In this document: positions 37,715-47,461 of the stretch, piece after piece | Position numbering within the stretch: position 1 is the stretch's first letter | Layout of the letters: each line of letters starts with the position of its first letter | Notes under the pieces: model-generated | The model's input: the letters and a program-made list of their open reading frames with translations, nothing else | Database searches by the model: none | What the model was told of the DNA's origin: nothing | Translations under genes and position numbers: made by a program | Origin: Parcubacteria group bacterium | GTDB lineage: Bacteria > Patescibacteriota > Minisyncoccia > Phycocordibacterales > UBA2100 | Direction of reading: 5' to 3' | DNA: 64,000 nucleotides | NCBI GenBank assembly: GCA_943358385.1 | Contig: CALRGX010000004.1 | Coordinates: forward strand, 10,610 to 74,609

Positions 37715-37881
37715 GGGCGCACACCATTAGCTTAGTATCCGCTCACTATACACCTCGCCTACAGAACTTGCTGTGGACAGCCACTGTGGTACTGTAACTC
37801 TACAGAGGAATCCCCGCCTCTGGTCTCCCTAGACTTGGGCCGCCACGCGTTGGCGGCTCCTTTTTTTGCTCTATATTTCAA

Positions 37882-38814
37882 CTAGTTGCGTAGGTATCGG
37901 TGCACTGCGCCGTAGCTGGAAACGGCACCCAACAGGATCCCCGTCCCAATGATGGCGCCCACTATCATGAAGATATTGTCGGTCACATACGTGAGCGTAT
38001 TGAAATTACCAAAGAATTGCTCGGACGGCTCGGCAAGCCACGCGGCCAGTGGGTACAGCACCATGAGGACAAAGAGACCGGAGGCAATACCGTAGAGAAT
38101 GCCGGAAACCACAAACGGCCCCCGTACATACCACGGCCCTGCCCCCACTAGGCGCATTACGGCAATTTCATCGCGCGAGGTGTAGATGGCCAAACGAATG
38201 GTGTTGAACGCAATCAAGATTGATGCCAGTGCAAGAATAACCGCCACGGTAGTCCCTAGATTTTGCGAAGTCTTTATGATTTCACTGAGGCGGTCGATGG
38301 CGGTTTTGTTTTGTGAGAAGTTCACCTTATCAATAATGCGCGCATCCCCTTCACCCGAAGCGGCCGCAGAACCTTCCAAAAATTTAGAGATAGATTCGTA
38401 CTGATGCGTTTCTTTGGCACGTACGGCAAGCGATGCGCCGAGTGGGTTATCTTCCAATTCGTCGAGTGCCTGAATCGTGAGCTGATCGTTTTTGTGGCGC
38501 TCGCGGAAGCGCGTGAGGGCTTCGTCGCGAGACACGTAGGTGACCACCGCTACCTCTGGCAGTGCCTCGAGCTGTTGCTTCAAATCGAGCATGCCTTGCT
38601 CTGGCGCATCCGTGTAGAAATATACGTTGACATCTACTTTCTCGGTGAGCTGCTCTAGGGTGGCGTTCAATGCTGCGCTCCCTACAATCAAAGCGCCCAT
38701 CACGAAAAGGGTGATGGTCATGATCAAAATTGCAGCAAGCGAAACAAACCCGTTGCGGAAAAAGCCAATCAAACCATAGCGTGTAATTCTTTTTGCGGTG
38801 ACCCAGGCAGACAT
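37882..38814 (-). CDS. ftsX: Cell division permease FtsX
   Basis: NPLGASL, NTIRLAIY..RDEIAVMRLVGA..WYVRGPF; downstream of ftsE. Confidence 0.93.
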   Translation of the reverse strand: MSAWVTAKRITRYGLIGFFRNGFVSLAAILIMTITLFVMGALIVGSAALNATLEQLTEKVDVNVYFYTDAPEQGMLDLKQQLEALPEVAVVTYVSRDEALTRFRERHKNDQLTIQALDELEDNPLGASLAVRAKETHQYESISKFLEGSAAASGEGDARIIDKVNFSQNKTAIDRLSEIIKTSQNLGTTVAVILALASILIAFNTIRLAIYTSRDEIAVMRLVGAGPWYVRGPFVVSGILYGIASGLFVLMVLYPLAAWLAEPSEQFFGNFNTLTYVTDNIFMIVGAIIGTGILLGAVSSYGAVHRYLRN

Positions 38815-38930
38815 GGTGACAATAGTTTAAAAATGAAAATAGTGAAATCAATGTGAAAACGCACTACCCTGCGCACATTTCCATTGTAACAGCTTGTTCG
38901 CGCCTGTGCTGCGCTGCCCACACTGTGGCA

Positions 38931-39611
38931 CTAGAAACTGTACTTGCCGCTCTGGTCGTCGCGCACAATACGCCCCTGATCCAAGGTAACGACACGCTTC
39001 CCTACGGAATCAACCACGTTACGGTTGTGCGTGGTCAATAACACCGTGGTACCCAAATCATTAATCTTCTTGAGAATCTGCACCACTTCGTAGGTGTTGA
39101 TCGGGTCGAGGTTTCCTGTAGGTTCATCGGCAATCAAGATGTCGGGCTGGTTTACAATCGCGCGGGCAATGGCAACGCGCTGCTGCTCTCCACCAGAAAG
39201 CTCTTTTGGAAAATTCCACATTTTGTCGGCAAGGTCGACAAGCTCGAGCACGTACGGCACATCGGCAATAATGTCTTCATCTGGCCGGCCTGATGCCTCC
39301 ATGGCAAACGCGATGTTTTCGTACACGGTTTTTGTGGGGAGCAAACGGAAGTCCTGAAACACGGTGCCAATTTGGCGACGCATCTGTATGAGCTCGCGGT
39401 TGGTGAGCTCGTGAATAGCTCGCTCGTTAAAAAGGACTGAGCCCGTGGTTGGGCTCTCTTCGGCAAAAAGCATTTTCAAAAGGGTAGTCTTTCCTGCGCC
39501 AGAATGGCCCACGATTGAAACGAACTCTCCAGGCTCGATACCCAATGTAATATCAGTAATCGCCGGAGTACCGGCGCTGTAGACTTTGCTGACGTTGTCG
39601 AAATAAATCAT
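38931..39611 (-). CDS. ftsE: Cell division ATP-binding protein FtsE
   Basis: [41 protein letters not shown]. Confidence 0.95.
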   Translation of the reverse strand: MIYFDNVSKVYSAGTPAITDITLGIEPGEFVSIVGHSGAGKTTLLKMLFAEESPTTGSVLFNERAIHELTNRELIQMRRQIGTVFQDFRLLPTKTVYENIAFAMEASGRPDEDIIADVPYVLELVDLADKMWNFPKELSGGEQQRVAIARAIVNQPDILIADEPTGNLDPINTYEVVQILKKINDLGTTVLLTTHNRNVVDSVGKRVVTLDQGRIVRDDQSGKYSF

Positions 39612-39616
39612 GAGAA

Positions 39617-39648
39617 CAGGTGTTAGGTATTAGGGACCAGGTGCCAGG
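39617..39648. repeat. 7-nt periodic YAGGnnn repeat
   Basis: CAGGTGT TAGGTAT TAGGGAC CAGGTGC CAGG. Confidence 0.55.
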
Positions 39649-39771
39649 AATGCGCAACAGAAAGCTGACACAATTTATTATAACGCATCCACCTGGCTCT
39701 CCAAGTCTTTCCACAGAGCGCCCTATATGATGATGGTACTTCGAGAAACCTCACCCCGTACAAATATCGGC

Positions 39772-40650
39772 TTACTGTGCACCTTTCGTAGCAGCATCGA
39801 TGAACGATTGAATGTCGCCGTTCAATATCGCGTCAATGTCGCGGCGCTCTTCTTCGGTGCGATGATCTTTTACCATCTGGTATGGGTGCAATACATAGGA
39901 GCGAATTTGGCTCCCCCACTCGATTGAGGTTGTAGCGGAAAGCGAGAGCCCGCGCGCGAGCCGCTCTTGATCTTCCTGCTGTTTTTTGAAGAGCTTACCG
40001 CGGAGCATTTCAAGTGCCTTCTCTCTGTTTTGAAGCTGACTGCGCTCGGAAGTAACGTGCACGGTAAAGCCTGTGGGCTTATGGGTGGCCCGCACTGCCG
40101 TTTCGCGCTTGTTTACATTCTGACCACCGGGGCCACCTGCTTTTGCAAATATCACCTCCACATCGGATTCATTCATTTCCACCGCGCTTTTATCTTCCAA
40201 TTTCGGCACTACTTCCACCATAGAAAAACTCGTCTGCCTTTTCCCCTGCGCATTGAACGGCGACATGCGCACCAGACGATGCACCCCGTTTTCATGCTTG
40301 AGTGCGCCATAGACATTTTTACCATTAATTTCAAAAGATATATTGCGCAACCCTGCCGAGCTCCTGTTTTCGGTGAGCACCGACCACTTCCACCCGCGGT
40401 TTTCTATGTAGCGGCGGTACATCTCAAAAAGCATAACTGAGAAATCTTCTGCATCATCGCCGCCCGCGCCGCTGAAAATGGTGATGATGGCATCGCCACG
40501 GTCGTACACTCCTACCCCATCGAGTTGTGCTTTCAAATCTTGATGTTCTTTAATCGTTGCCTGGGCCTTGTCTTTATTCGCCCAAAAAGAAGGATCTCCC
40601 ATGAGTACTTCGATTTCGGCAATACGAGCCTCTATGACTTCTTTGGGCAT
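39772..40650 (-). CDS. prfB: Peptide chain release factor 2 (shortened domain 1, no frameshift)
   Basis: GVHRLVRMSPF (SPF), GGPGGQNVNK, WGSQIRSYVLHPY. Confidence 0.92.
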   Translation of the reverse strand: MPKEVIEARIAEIEVLMGDPSFWANKDKAQATIKEHQDLKAQLDGVGVYDRGDAIITIFSGAGGDDAEDFSVMLFEMYRRYIENRGWKWSVLTENRSSAGLRNISFEINGKNVYGALKHENGVHRLVRMSPFNAQGKRQTSFSMVEVVPKLEDKSAVEMNESDVEVIFAKAGGPGGQNVNKRETAVRATHKPTGFTVHVTSERSQLQNREKALEMLRGKLFKKQQEDQERLARGLSLSATTSIEWGSQIRSYVLHPYQMVKDHRTEEERRDIDAILNGDIQSFIDAATKGAQ

Positions 40651-40739
40651 GGCTGCATTATAGCTTTTCTGCCTATTTGGGCGAACAAACAGTGCGGTGC
40701 ACGCTTTTAGTAGTGCAGAGCCGTGTTATACATTGATAC

Positions 40740-41447
40740 ATGGAAGGACCACCAAGGAGAAAGCCTAGCCTGGCTGAATCGGCAAACTATCAAGGCAACG
40801 CAACGCTGCTTATGCTCGAACGGATTGCTCACCCGAAAATCCGCAAGCAAATTGTTGACACCAAGGTTGCAATAGAAGAAATGTGGGAGCCCCCTGAAAC
40901 GCGCGAGGCAATTGAAAAAGATCTCGATGAACACATACACATCGCCGCCACGAAGACGAGAATTTCTCATGACGACTCACACCCTACTACCAACACTATT
41001 CCACTCAAATGGACTATGCATGGTCAGCGCCCAAGTATCCAGCAGTTAAGTGTCGTAGAGGCTCACGAGAAAGGTCATCTGATACGCCCTTACGGATTAT
41101 ATGGTGATTTTTTTAAAAAAGGTTTCGACTCAGCCGCATGCTCTGTAGATGAATCTAGGTTATAAGCGATGCGCGAGATGCATCCTACGGAAAGCAACGA
41201 GGCGCTTCGTGAATCAGTGGTTGAAGCTATCTTAAACCCTATGGAGATAGCCGAAAGAATGGCTCAGCTCAAAAATTATTTCGGCATGAAAGGCGATGAG
41301 CTCTTTACCTCAGAGCACCTTGCATATGCACGCATGAGTTACGTCAGAGATACTGGCTTAGATAACGACATGACGCTGTTTTTGCAAGCCATTACGCCAG
41401 AAACAGAGCCCGAATTTATACGCCTGATTAATTCCTCGGGCATATAA
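40740..41447 (+). pseudogene. HExxH-motif hypothetical protein interrupted by in-frame TAA
   Basis: ORFs 40740-41165 and 41169-41447 are in one frame separated by TAA at 41163-41165; AHEKGH motif. Confidence 0.6.
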
Positions 41448-41577
41448 TCTTTATTGCATGAACACCCTTTGACAAGCCAGTAATGCAGACGCACAAGTAC
41501 CCGGATTTCGGTGTCAACTATCTATATAGGGCTGCATAAAACTGGCACAATCGGGTAAAAATAAGTATGCTGCGAGT

Positions 41578-42714
41578 GTGTTCTCGTTCAAGATTCTCAA
41601 GAAGTCAGAGAAGTCCAAGGCGCGCTTGGGCGTATTTTCTACACCTCATGGTGATATAGAAACACCTGCGTTTGTGCCTGTAGCCACCCGTGCGTCCGTT
41701 CGTGCACTTCCTGCACAGGCTATCGCGGATGCTGGTTCGCAGCTCCTTATCAGCAACACCTTCCACCTGCACCTCACCCCTGGCGAGCAAGTGGTGAAAG
41801 AGGCCGGTGGTATCCATCGCTTCATGAATTGGAACAAGCCACTGATGACCGATTCTGGCGGTTTTCAGGTGTTGAGTTTTGGTTTTGGGCGCGAACATTC
41901 AACCGGTGCCATGAAAGAAAAGCAAGGCGAGCGCAGTGTGGATGAAAAAACACCATCAGGCATAAAAATCACCGAAGAGGGCGTTGAGTTTCGTTCACCC
42001 AAGGATGGCCGAAAACTGTTCATGGGACCCAAGGAATCTATCCGTATTCAAGAAGATGTTGGCGCAGATATTATTTTTGCATTTGATGAAGCCACTTCTC
42101 CATTGACCACACGCGAATACATGCGCACATCACTGGATCGCACCCACCGCTGGGCGCAGGTGTGCCTCGATGTAAAGACGCGCAACGACCAAGCGCTCTT
42201 TGGTATCGTGCAAGGATCCGAGTTTGACGACCTGCGCAGCGAGAGCGCGACAACCATCGGTGCCATGCCGTTTGGTGGCTTTGGTATTGGTGGAGAGTAC
42301 GGTATCGATAAAGAAGCAATGGCGCAGCGCCTCGCGTTGGTAACAACACTACTGCCCGAAAATAAACCACGGCACGTATTGGGTGTGGGCCACCCCGAAG
42401 ACTTCTCGCCGGTTGCACGCGGTGGAGGCGACACATTCGATTGCATCACCCCTACCCACTACGCGCGCCATGGCACCTTGTTCACTTCCACTGGCCGACT
42501 GAACATGCGTAATGCTGAGTATGTGCACGCGCACGTGCCGATTGATACCGAGTGTTCTTGTGCCGTGTGTGCATCGTACTCGCGCGCATACCTTTCTCAC
42601 CTCATCCGTGCGAGCGAACCAACGGGCATGGTACTCGCTACGATGCACAATGTGCACTATTTCAACATTCTTGCTAAAAAAGTGCGCGAGCAGATTGCAT
42701 TGGGGGAACTCTAG
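41578..42714 (+). CDS. tgt: tRNA-guanine(34) transglycosylase
   Basis: TPAFVPVAT, MTDSGGFQV, GIVQG, HVLGVG, FDC..PT..ARHG, CSCAVC zinc site. Confidence 0.95.
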   Translation: MFSFKILKKSEKSKARLGVFSTPHGDIETPAFVPVATRASVRALPAQAIADAGSQLLISNTFHLHLTPGEQVVKEAGGIHRFMNWNKPLMTDSGGFQVLSFGFGREHSTGAMKEKQGERSVDEKTPSGIKITEEGVEFRSPKDGRKLFMGPKESIRIQEDVGADIIFAFDEATSPLTTREYMRTSLDRTHRWAQVCLDVKTRNDQALFGIVQGSEFDDLRSESATTIGAMPFGGFGIGGEYGIDKEAMAQRLALVTTLLPENKPRHVLGVGHPEDFSPVARGGGDTFDCITPTHYARHGTLFTSTGRLNMRNAEYVHAHVPIDTECSCAVCASYSRAYLSHLIRASEPTGMVLATMHNVHYFNILAKKVREQIALGEL

Positions 42715-42763
42715 TATAAGAAATAAGTGACGGCCCCGCGCATGCGCGGGGCCGTTCGTATAG

Positions 42764-43261
42764 TCAATCGTAGAACATCGCGTTCGTCACCAGCGACCAC
42801 TGCTCTTGCTTGCCATGGGGCGCAAGTACCGTAATCGCTTCAGACACCGTGATGAGTCCCGCTTGGCGTGCCACTGCCAGCATGAAGGCTTCGTCCATCA
42901 ATTCAGGAAACCCTGAAAACGACAGAATCCAGCCACCAGGTGTACGAATGGCACCTCCCCAGCGCATCCTTTCGGGCGCACGGCTTTGGTAGCTGCTCCG
43001 ATGACCTTCGCCAAAGTGGTTAGCAAGGCGGTCCGCTTTCTCCTGTGCAAACTCCCAATACTTCAAGGCCTTTTGCTCCTCGTAGGTACCGGCAAGCATG
43101 GTTGCGTGTGCATCCAACCAACCAAATGAGTCGTGCACATGCCGACAATGAAATGCGCCGCCAGTGCGCCGCTCAGGGCACAACTCGCCAACCATGTCGA
43201 CATACTCGTGCACGAGCCGCATTAGTTCACTGCACGTTGCTGCACTGTGCTTATCCATCAT
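42764..43261 (-). CDS. Hypothetical protein, possible GlcG/HbpS-like fold
   Basis: A.EKA.RL...WGGAIR...LSFSG.PE..DEA; GAGGAG SD. Confidence 0.55.
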   Translation of the reverse strand: MMDKHSAATCSELMRLVHEYVDMVGELCPERRTGGAFHCRHVHDSFGWLDAHATMLAGTYEEQKALKYWEFAQEKADRLANHFGEGHRSSYQSRAPERMRWGGAIRTPGGWILSFSGFPELMDEAFMLAVARQAGLITVSEAITVLAPHGKQEQWSLVTNAMFYD

Positions 43262-43323
43262 TCTCTCCTCACGTTTGCGAAGGCTTGCACCGGTATACCA
43301 GCGATGTAGTATCGAGGCAAGGT

Positions 43324-44361
43324 ATGAAATCTTCATTTGAAACATTGCTTGATACCTATGACTACCCACTCCCGAAGGAGCGTATTGGATTTGTGCCGCG
43401 CGAACCGCGCGATAGTGCCAAACTATTGGTATATGACCCATCCACAGCGGGAACTTCTGAAACAACGTTCGCCTGCCTTGCCGACGTCCTCCCGCCGCAC
43501 GCGCTCCTTGTTTTTAATAACACGAAAGTGCTCCCAGCACGCATCTATGCAAAAAAGAAAACGGGGGGTGTTGTTGAGATACTCTGCACCACACTGAACC
43601 TTCCAGATAATACTTGCATTGCAAAGGCGAATAAAAAACTGGCAGAGGGCGACATTCTCACCACCGACCACGGCACACTTACGGTGCAGAGTGCAACTGG
43701 CGATTACATTTTCAAAGCAGCACCATCGCTTGCAACGATTCTAGAACGATCAGGGACCACCCCAATCCCTCCCTATTTGAAACACACTCCCCTACCCGAA
43801 GCAGTATTGAAAGAACGTTACCAAACTATTTTTGCGAAGGAACTTGGCTCAATTGCCGCACCCACGGCATCGCTGCATTTCACCGACTCGCTATTTTCAG
43901 CATTACACGAGAGAGGCATCGAGACGGTGGAAACAACACTCCACGTAAATCTGGGAACATTCGCACCACTTACCGAAGAGGCAATTGAGAGCGGCAGATT
44001 GCACGAAGAGCGCTACGAGATTTCTGAAGCGGCGGCGGCTATCATTAACACAGCAAAAGACACGGGGCGCCCGATTATTGCAGTGGGCACCACTGCCTTG
44101 CGCACTCTGGAAAGCGCGGCTGCAAACGGGCGCGTGTTGCCAGGCACCGCAACAACACGGCTATTTATCCGTGAAGGATTCACTTTCCAGATATGTGATG
44201 GGCTCATCACAAACTTTCACGTCCCTCGATCAAGTTTGATGATGCTCGTTGCCGCACTCATTGGTCGCGAACGATTGCTCGCGCTGTATGTGGAAGCAGC
44301 GGCACGCGATTTTAAGTTTCTTTCATTTGGTGATGGCATGCTGATACTTCCCAAAAAGTAG
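43324..44361 (+). CDS. queA: S-adenosylmethionine:tRNA ribosyltransferase-isomerase
   Basis: YDYPLP, FNNTKVLPAR, PIPPYL, RYQTIFA, AAPTASLHF, AVGTT..R.LE, ITNFH.P.S, SFGDGM. Confidence 0.95.
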   Translation: MKSSFETLLDTYDYPLPKERIGFVPREPRDSAKLLVYDPSTAGTSETTFACLADVLPPHALLVFNNTKVLPARIYAKKKTGGVVEILCTTLNLPDNTCIAKANKKLAEGDILTTDHGTLTVQSATGDYIFKAAPSLATILERSGTTPIPPYLKHTPLPEAVLKERYQTIFAKELGSIAAPTASLHFTDSLFSALHERGIETVETTLHVNLGTFAPLTEEAIESGRLHEERYEISEAAAAIINTAKDTGRPIIAVGTTALRTLESAAANGRVLPGTATTRLFIREGFTFQICDGLITNFHVPRSSLMMLVAALIGRERLLALYVEAAARDFKFLSFGDGMLILPKK

Positions 44362-44396
44362 AGAGCCCTGCACATAGCAGAGCTCTCGAAACAACA

Positions 44397-44813
44397 TCAC
44401 AGCAAGAAGAGTGCCGCGACCGCGACGCCGATCATGATTTTCACCTGATCACCGCCCACTTTCACGCACTGCAGATCGTACTGCACCGCGAATTGTGGGT
44501 AGTCGTCGTCCAGAGCGCCAATGACCCGAGCACCACGAAGCGATTCGTGACTGCCGGGCCCCAGGATACTCATGAAGTGACAATGATTCAGCACACGCGT
44601 TTCCTCGCTGAGAACGAATTTCCAACCCATTGCGGTATTGAGGCGATGAATGGAGCCGTCACTCAGGACGATAATGCGCGCGTCTGGCTCGTGGAGCTTT
44701 TTCAGCACCGTCACGAGCTCATCCTGCACGGGTGTTGGTGGCACGATGGCGCCTTCTGCCAAGGCGGGCAGTGGGCTCAGCAACAGCGCGGCAATCGCCA
44801 GTATTTTCCACAT
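44397..44813 (-). CDS. Hypothetical secreted/membrane-anchored orphan protein
   Basis: Signal peptide plus C-terminal TM; AGGAGG SD. Confidence 0.6.
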   Translation of the reverse strand: MWKILAIAALLLSPLPALAEGAIVPPTPVQDELVTVLKKLHEPDARIIVLSDGSIHRLNTAMGWKFVLSEETRVLNHCHFMSILGPGSHESLRGARVIGALDDDYPQFAVQYDLQCVKVGGDQVKIMIGVAVAALFLL

Positions 44814-44935
44814 GTGGTGGTCCTCCTGTAAGCGAACTTTCCCAGTCCTCAGGTAAGTATCTACCCGTCATATCTTGCACGCAAGGCATAAAAAGCTATG
44901 TCAATAGCTACCCGTTGTAGGGTTTTTTGCATTTG

Positions 44936-45008
44936 AGCCGAAGGCCGGAATTGAACCGGCGACCCATCCCTTACGAAGGGATTGCTCTACCAACTGAGCT
45001 ACTTCGGC
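44936..45008 (-). tRNA. tRNA-Thr(CGT)
   Basis: GCCGAAG/CTTCGGC acceptor, ATCCC-TTCGTAA-GGGAT anticodon arm. Confidence 0.95.
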
Positions 45009-45153
45009 GAGTGAGAGGCGAAACGGACACTTGTGTACGCTTCCCTCGAGCGCTGCCGAAGAAAGCTATGCTTACTTCGGCAAACGAAGAGCAAAATGGG
45101 CACTAATGCACATTTTGGCTGAGTGCCGCCGAAGCAAACTTATTTACTACGGC
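45009..45153 (-). repeat. Two ~73-nt leader units with acceptor-stem mini-helices
   Basis: TACTTCGGC-like copies at 45073 and 45145, GCCGAAG at 45055 and 45128. Confidence 0.65.
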
Positions 45154-45252
45154 GTTTCGAAAGAATAGTACACATCCGCTCATTCCTCAACTATCCCCAC
45201 CTTTCTGTTAGAATGGGCAAGGTTATTATTTTTCGGCTTTTCTTAATCATTC

Positions 45253-46242
45253 ATGAACAAGCTTTTTCTGTGGCCCTGCATTATTTCAGTAGCGAGCTTA
45301 GGCCTCATTGGCTACCTCCAAGGGACCGCCGCCTTATTTATCGCCATACTTCTAGTAGCGCTTGAAGTCTCTCTATCCTTTGATAATGCCGTCGTAAACG
45401 CCCGAGTATTGATGCGCATGACACCCGTGTGGCAACAGCGCTTCCTCACGTGGGGTATGTTTTTTGCCGTCTTTCTCACGCGCGCCGTTCTCCCTATCAT
45501 CATTGTCGCTGTATCCGTATGGGCAAGCCCGATTGCCATTGCCACTTTGGCATTTGCCGACCCAAAAGAGTATGGAAACCTCCTGGAAGGTGCACATTAT
45601 GTCATCAACTCATTTGGTGCAGTGTTCTTACTACTCGTCGGTTTGAAATATTTCTTCGACGACGCAAAGGACACGCATTGGCTTGAGATAATTGAAAAAT
45701 ACCTCTCTCGCTGGGGCAGTGTTGCTGCTATTGAGATTGCGGTTGTACTGATACTTCTTTTGGGTGCTGCATACATGGTACCGGCGCACGCGGTCGAGAT
45801 TCTGATGGCGGGCATCGTAGGTATGATCACTTTCATATTGGTGCAAGGTATGGCGAGCGCCTTTTCTGTGGATGAAGAGCAGGTGCATCGTGCAGGCTTA
45901 GCGCTGTTCCTGTACCTGAATGTACTGGACGCAGCATTCTCCCTGGATAGCGTTGTGGGAGCCTTTGCACTCTCCACTGACCTGCTGACCATCGTTGTAG
46001 GTCTCGGTGTGGGTGCCTATTTTGTGCGTACGCTCACGGTTTACATGGTGCGCGGCAAGACTCTGGATTCTTACCTCTACTTAGAGCACGGCGCTCACTG
46101 GGCAATACTTGGCCTCGCGCTCGCCATGCTTTTTGGTTTGATTATGCACGTACCCGAGCCAGTTACTGGGCTTGTAGGTATGATATTTATTGGTCTCGCA
46201 TTTTATTCATCAATGAAGCTTACGCGGCAAACTGCAAAATAA
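45253..46242 (+). CDS. DUF475 / TerC-like membrane protein
   Basis: LEVSLSFDNAVVNA..L..M...WQQRFLTWG, FLYL.VLDA.FS.D.V.GAFA, YLEHGAHWAI. Confidence 0.9.
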   Translation: MNKLFLWPCIISVASLGLIGYLQGTAALFIAILLVALEVSLSFDNAVVNARVLMRMTPVWQQRFLTWGMFFAVFLTRAVLPIIIVAVSVWASPIAIATLAFADPKEYGNLLEGAHYVINSFGAVFLLLVGLKYFFDDAKDTHWLEIIEKYLSRWGSVAAIEIAVVLILLLGAAYMVPAHAVEILMAGIVGMITFILVQGMASAFSVDEEQVHRAGLALFLYLNVLDAAFSLDSVVGAFALSTDLLTIVVGLGVGAYFVRTLTVYMVRGKTLDSYLYLEHGAHWAILGLALAMLFGLIMHVPEPVTGLVGMIFIGLAFYSSMKLTRQTAK

Positions 46243-46246
46243 AACT

Positions 46247-46459
46247 ATGCGTGTCCTGATTCCAAAACATATCCGCCGAGCACTCGTCACTGTCTTAGGT
46301 GTCGTCCTGGTGTGGCGCGGCATCTGGCTCGTCCTCGATTGGATTGATATTGCTTTCTTTGGCGGGAACCACGCCATCACAGGGATACTCGGCATCATGG
46401 CGGGCGTCGCGATTCTGTACTATCCCGACCATCGCTTAGATGAGCTGCAGAAACTATAG
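46247..46459 (+). CDS. Small 2-TM membrane protein
   Basis: GVVLVWRGIW..LD motif; 4 nt after DUF475 gene. Confidence 0.7.
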   Translation: MRVLIPKHIRRALVTVLGVVLVWRGIWLVLDWIDIAFFGGNHAITGILGIMAGVAILYYPDHRLDELQKL

Positions 46460-46535
46460 TTTGAAAAGAATAAAGGGGCAGGCGAATTGTCGCCTGCCCC
46501 TTTTGGTTTTTGTGTTGCCACCTTCGCTGTGTACG

Positions 46536-47411
46536 TTACTTCGGCCAGTACGAGTAGCGCACCGGTTCGCGATAGTCACGAACGCGCACGTCCATGGCCT
46601 CAATTTTCATTTCGGCCCAGTCGTAGACCGGTTTGTGGACGAAGTAGAAACACTCGCACAGAAGCGCGCCGCAGGCTGCACCGACTTCCCAGCTGCCTAA
46701 AAGCAGACCAAACAGTCCACCAATAAGCGAACCAAACCCAGCTGCTGTGACTGCTGTGCTGTTTACCTCAGCAAAGAATTGCGCAGTGAACAGCGCATAA
46801 GCTTTCGTGAAGCGACCAAACCAGCCGATGCCAGCAGGGATGCCGACGAAACAATGGTAGCCGAGATAGAGCGGCAATACGACCGGGTTATAGATTGCAG
46901 CCGCTTTAACAGCAATGCGCGGCAAGCCCGCGAGAATCCCCTCCGTCTGCGAACCACCGCGATTGCTTTCCTCCTCGAGTGACCCGAGGACGCAAAAGAG
47001 TGCGACGACCGTAGACATGAAGAGTGCGATTGCGAGACCGGCGGTCATTCCTTCGACTGAGAAGTCCCGGACGACGGTTTGCCACGCCTCACCCTGCGTG
47101 AAATAGGCGGGTGTGCGCATGTATAGAGCTGTCGCAATGAACATGCATCCCCAGCTGAAGAAGAGCGTGGTCAAGGCAGCCGTGATCACCGTGTAACTCG
47201 TCCACCACATCTTCCAGTGGTTGAAGTTCCAGAGAAAAGCGGCAAGACGTACCACTCCTCTCGCGAGGCCGACGATGTCGCCAATCACGGCACCTGCCAC
47301 CATGCCGAGCACGAGGCCTAGACCCCAATGCATGACATGCATCGAAAGCCAGGCACCGAGGCCAGCACCAATAAAGGCACCGATTGGACGCGTGTAGTCG
47401 ACAACTGTCAT
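46536..47411 (-). CDS. Hypothetical multi-pass membrane orphan protein
   Basis: Gly-rich TMs; AGGAG SD; own promoter and terminator. Confidence 0.7.
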   Translation of the reverse strand: MTVVDYTRPIGAFIGAGLGAWLSMHVMHWGLGLVLGMVAGAVIGDIVGLARGVVRLAAFLWNFNHWKMWWTSYTVITAALTTLFFSWGCMFIATALYMRTPAYFTQGEAWQTVVRDFSVEGMTAGLAIALFMSTVVALFCVLGSLEEESNRGGSQTEGILAGLPRIAVKAAAIYNPVVLPLYLGYHCFVGIPAGIGWFGRFTKAYALFTAQFFAEVNSTAVTAAGFGSLIGGLFGLLLGSWEVGAACGALLCECFYFVHKPVYDWAEMKIEAMDVRVRDYREPVRYSYWPK

Positions 47412-47461
47412 AGTATTCTCCTGCTTTGCTTGTTTCTATATATGCGTTTTTACTAGTATAT

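Noticed and set aside
37800-37835. preQ1-I riboswitch-like AGAGG/CCTCT stem
   Set aside because: Lacks the A-rich 3' tail and is not upstream of a queuosine gene.
41163-41165. Stop-codon reassignment (alternative genetic code)
   Set aside because: TAA, TAG and TGA all terminate conserved genes normally in this window, and RF2 is present.
43045-43323. Long N-terminal extensions in the ORF track (queA, msrA, vanY-like, pilin 57310, tspO)
   Set aside because: Extensions overlap neighbouring genes; family homology and, in several cases, leaderless -10 boxes point to downstream starts.
45000-45153. Possible mini CRISPR array (~73-nt period)
   Set aside because: Constant part is only 7-9 nt and derives from the tRNA acceptor stem; only 2-3 units; no cas genes in the window.
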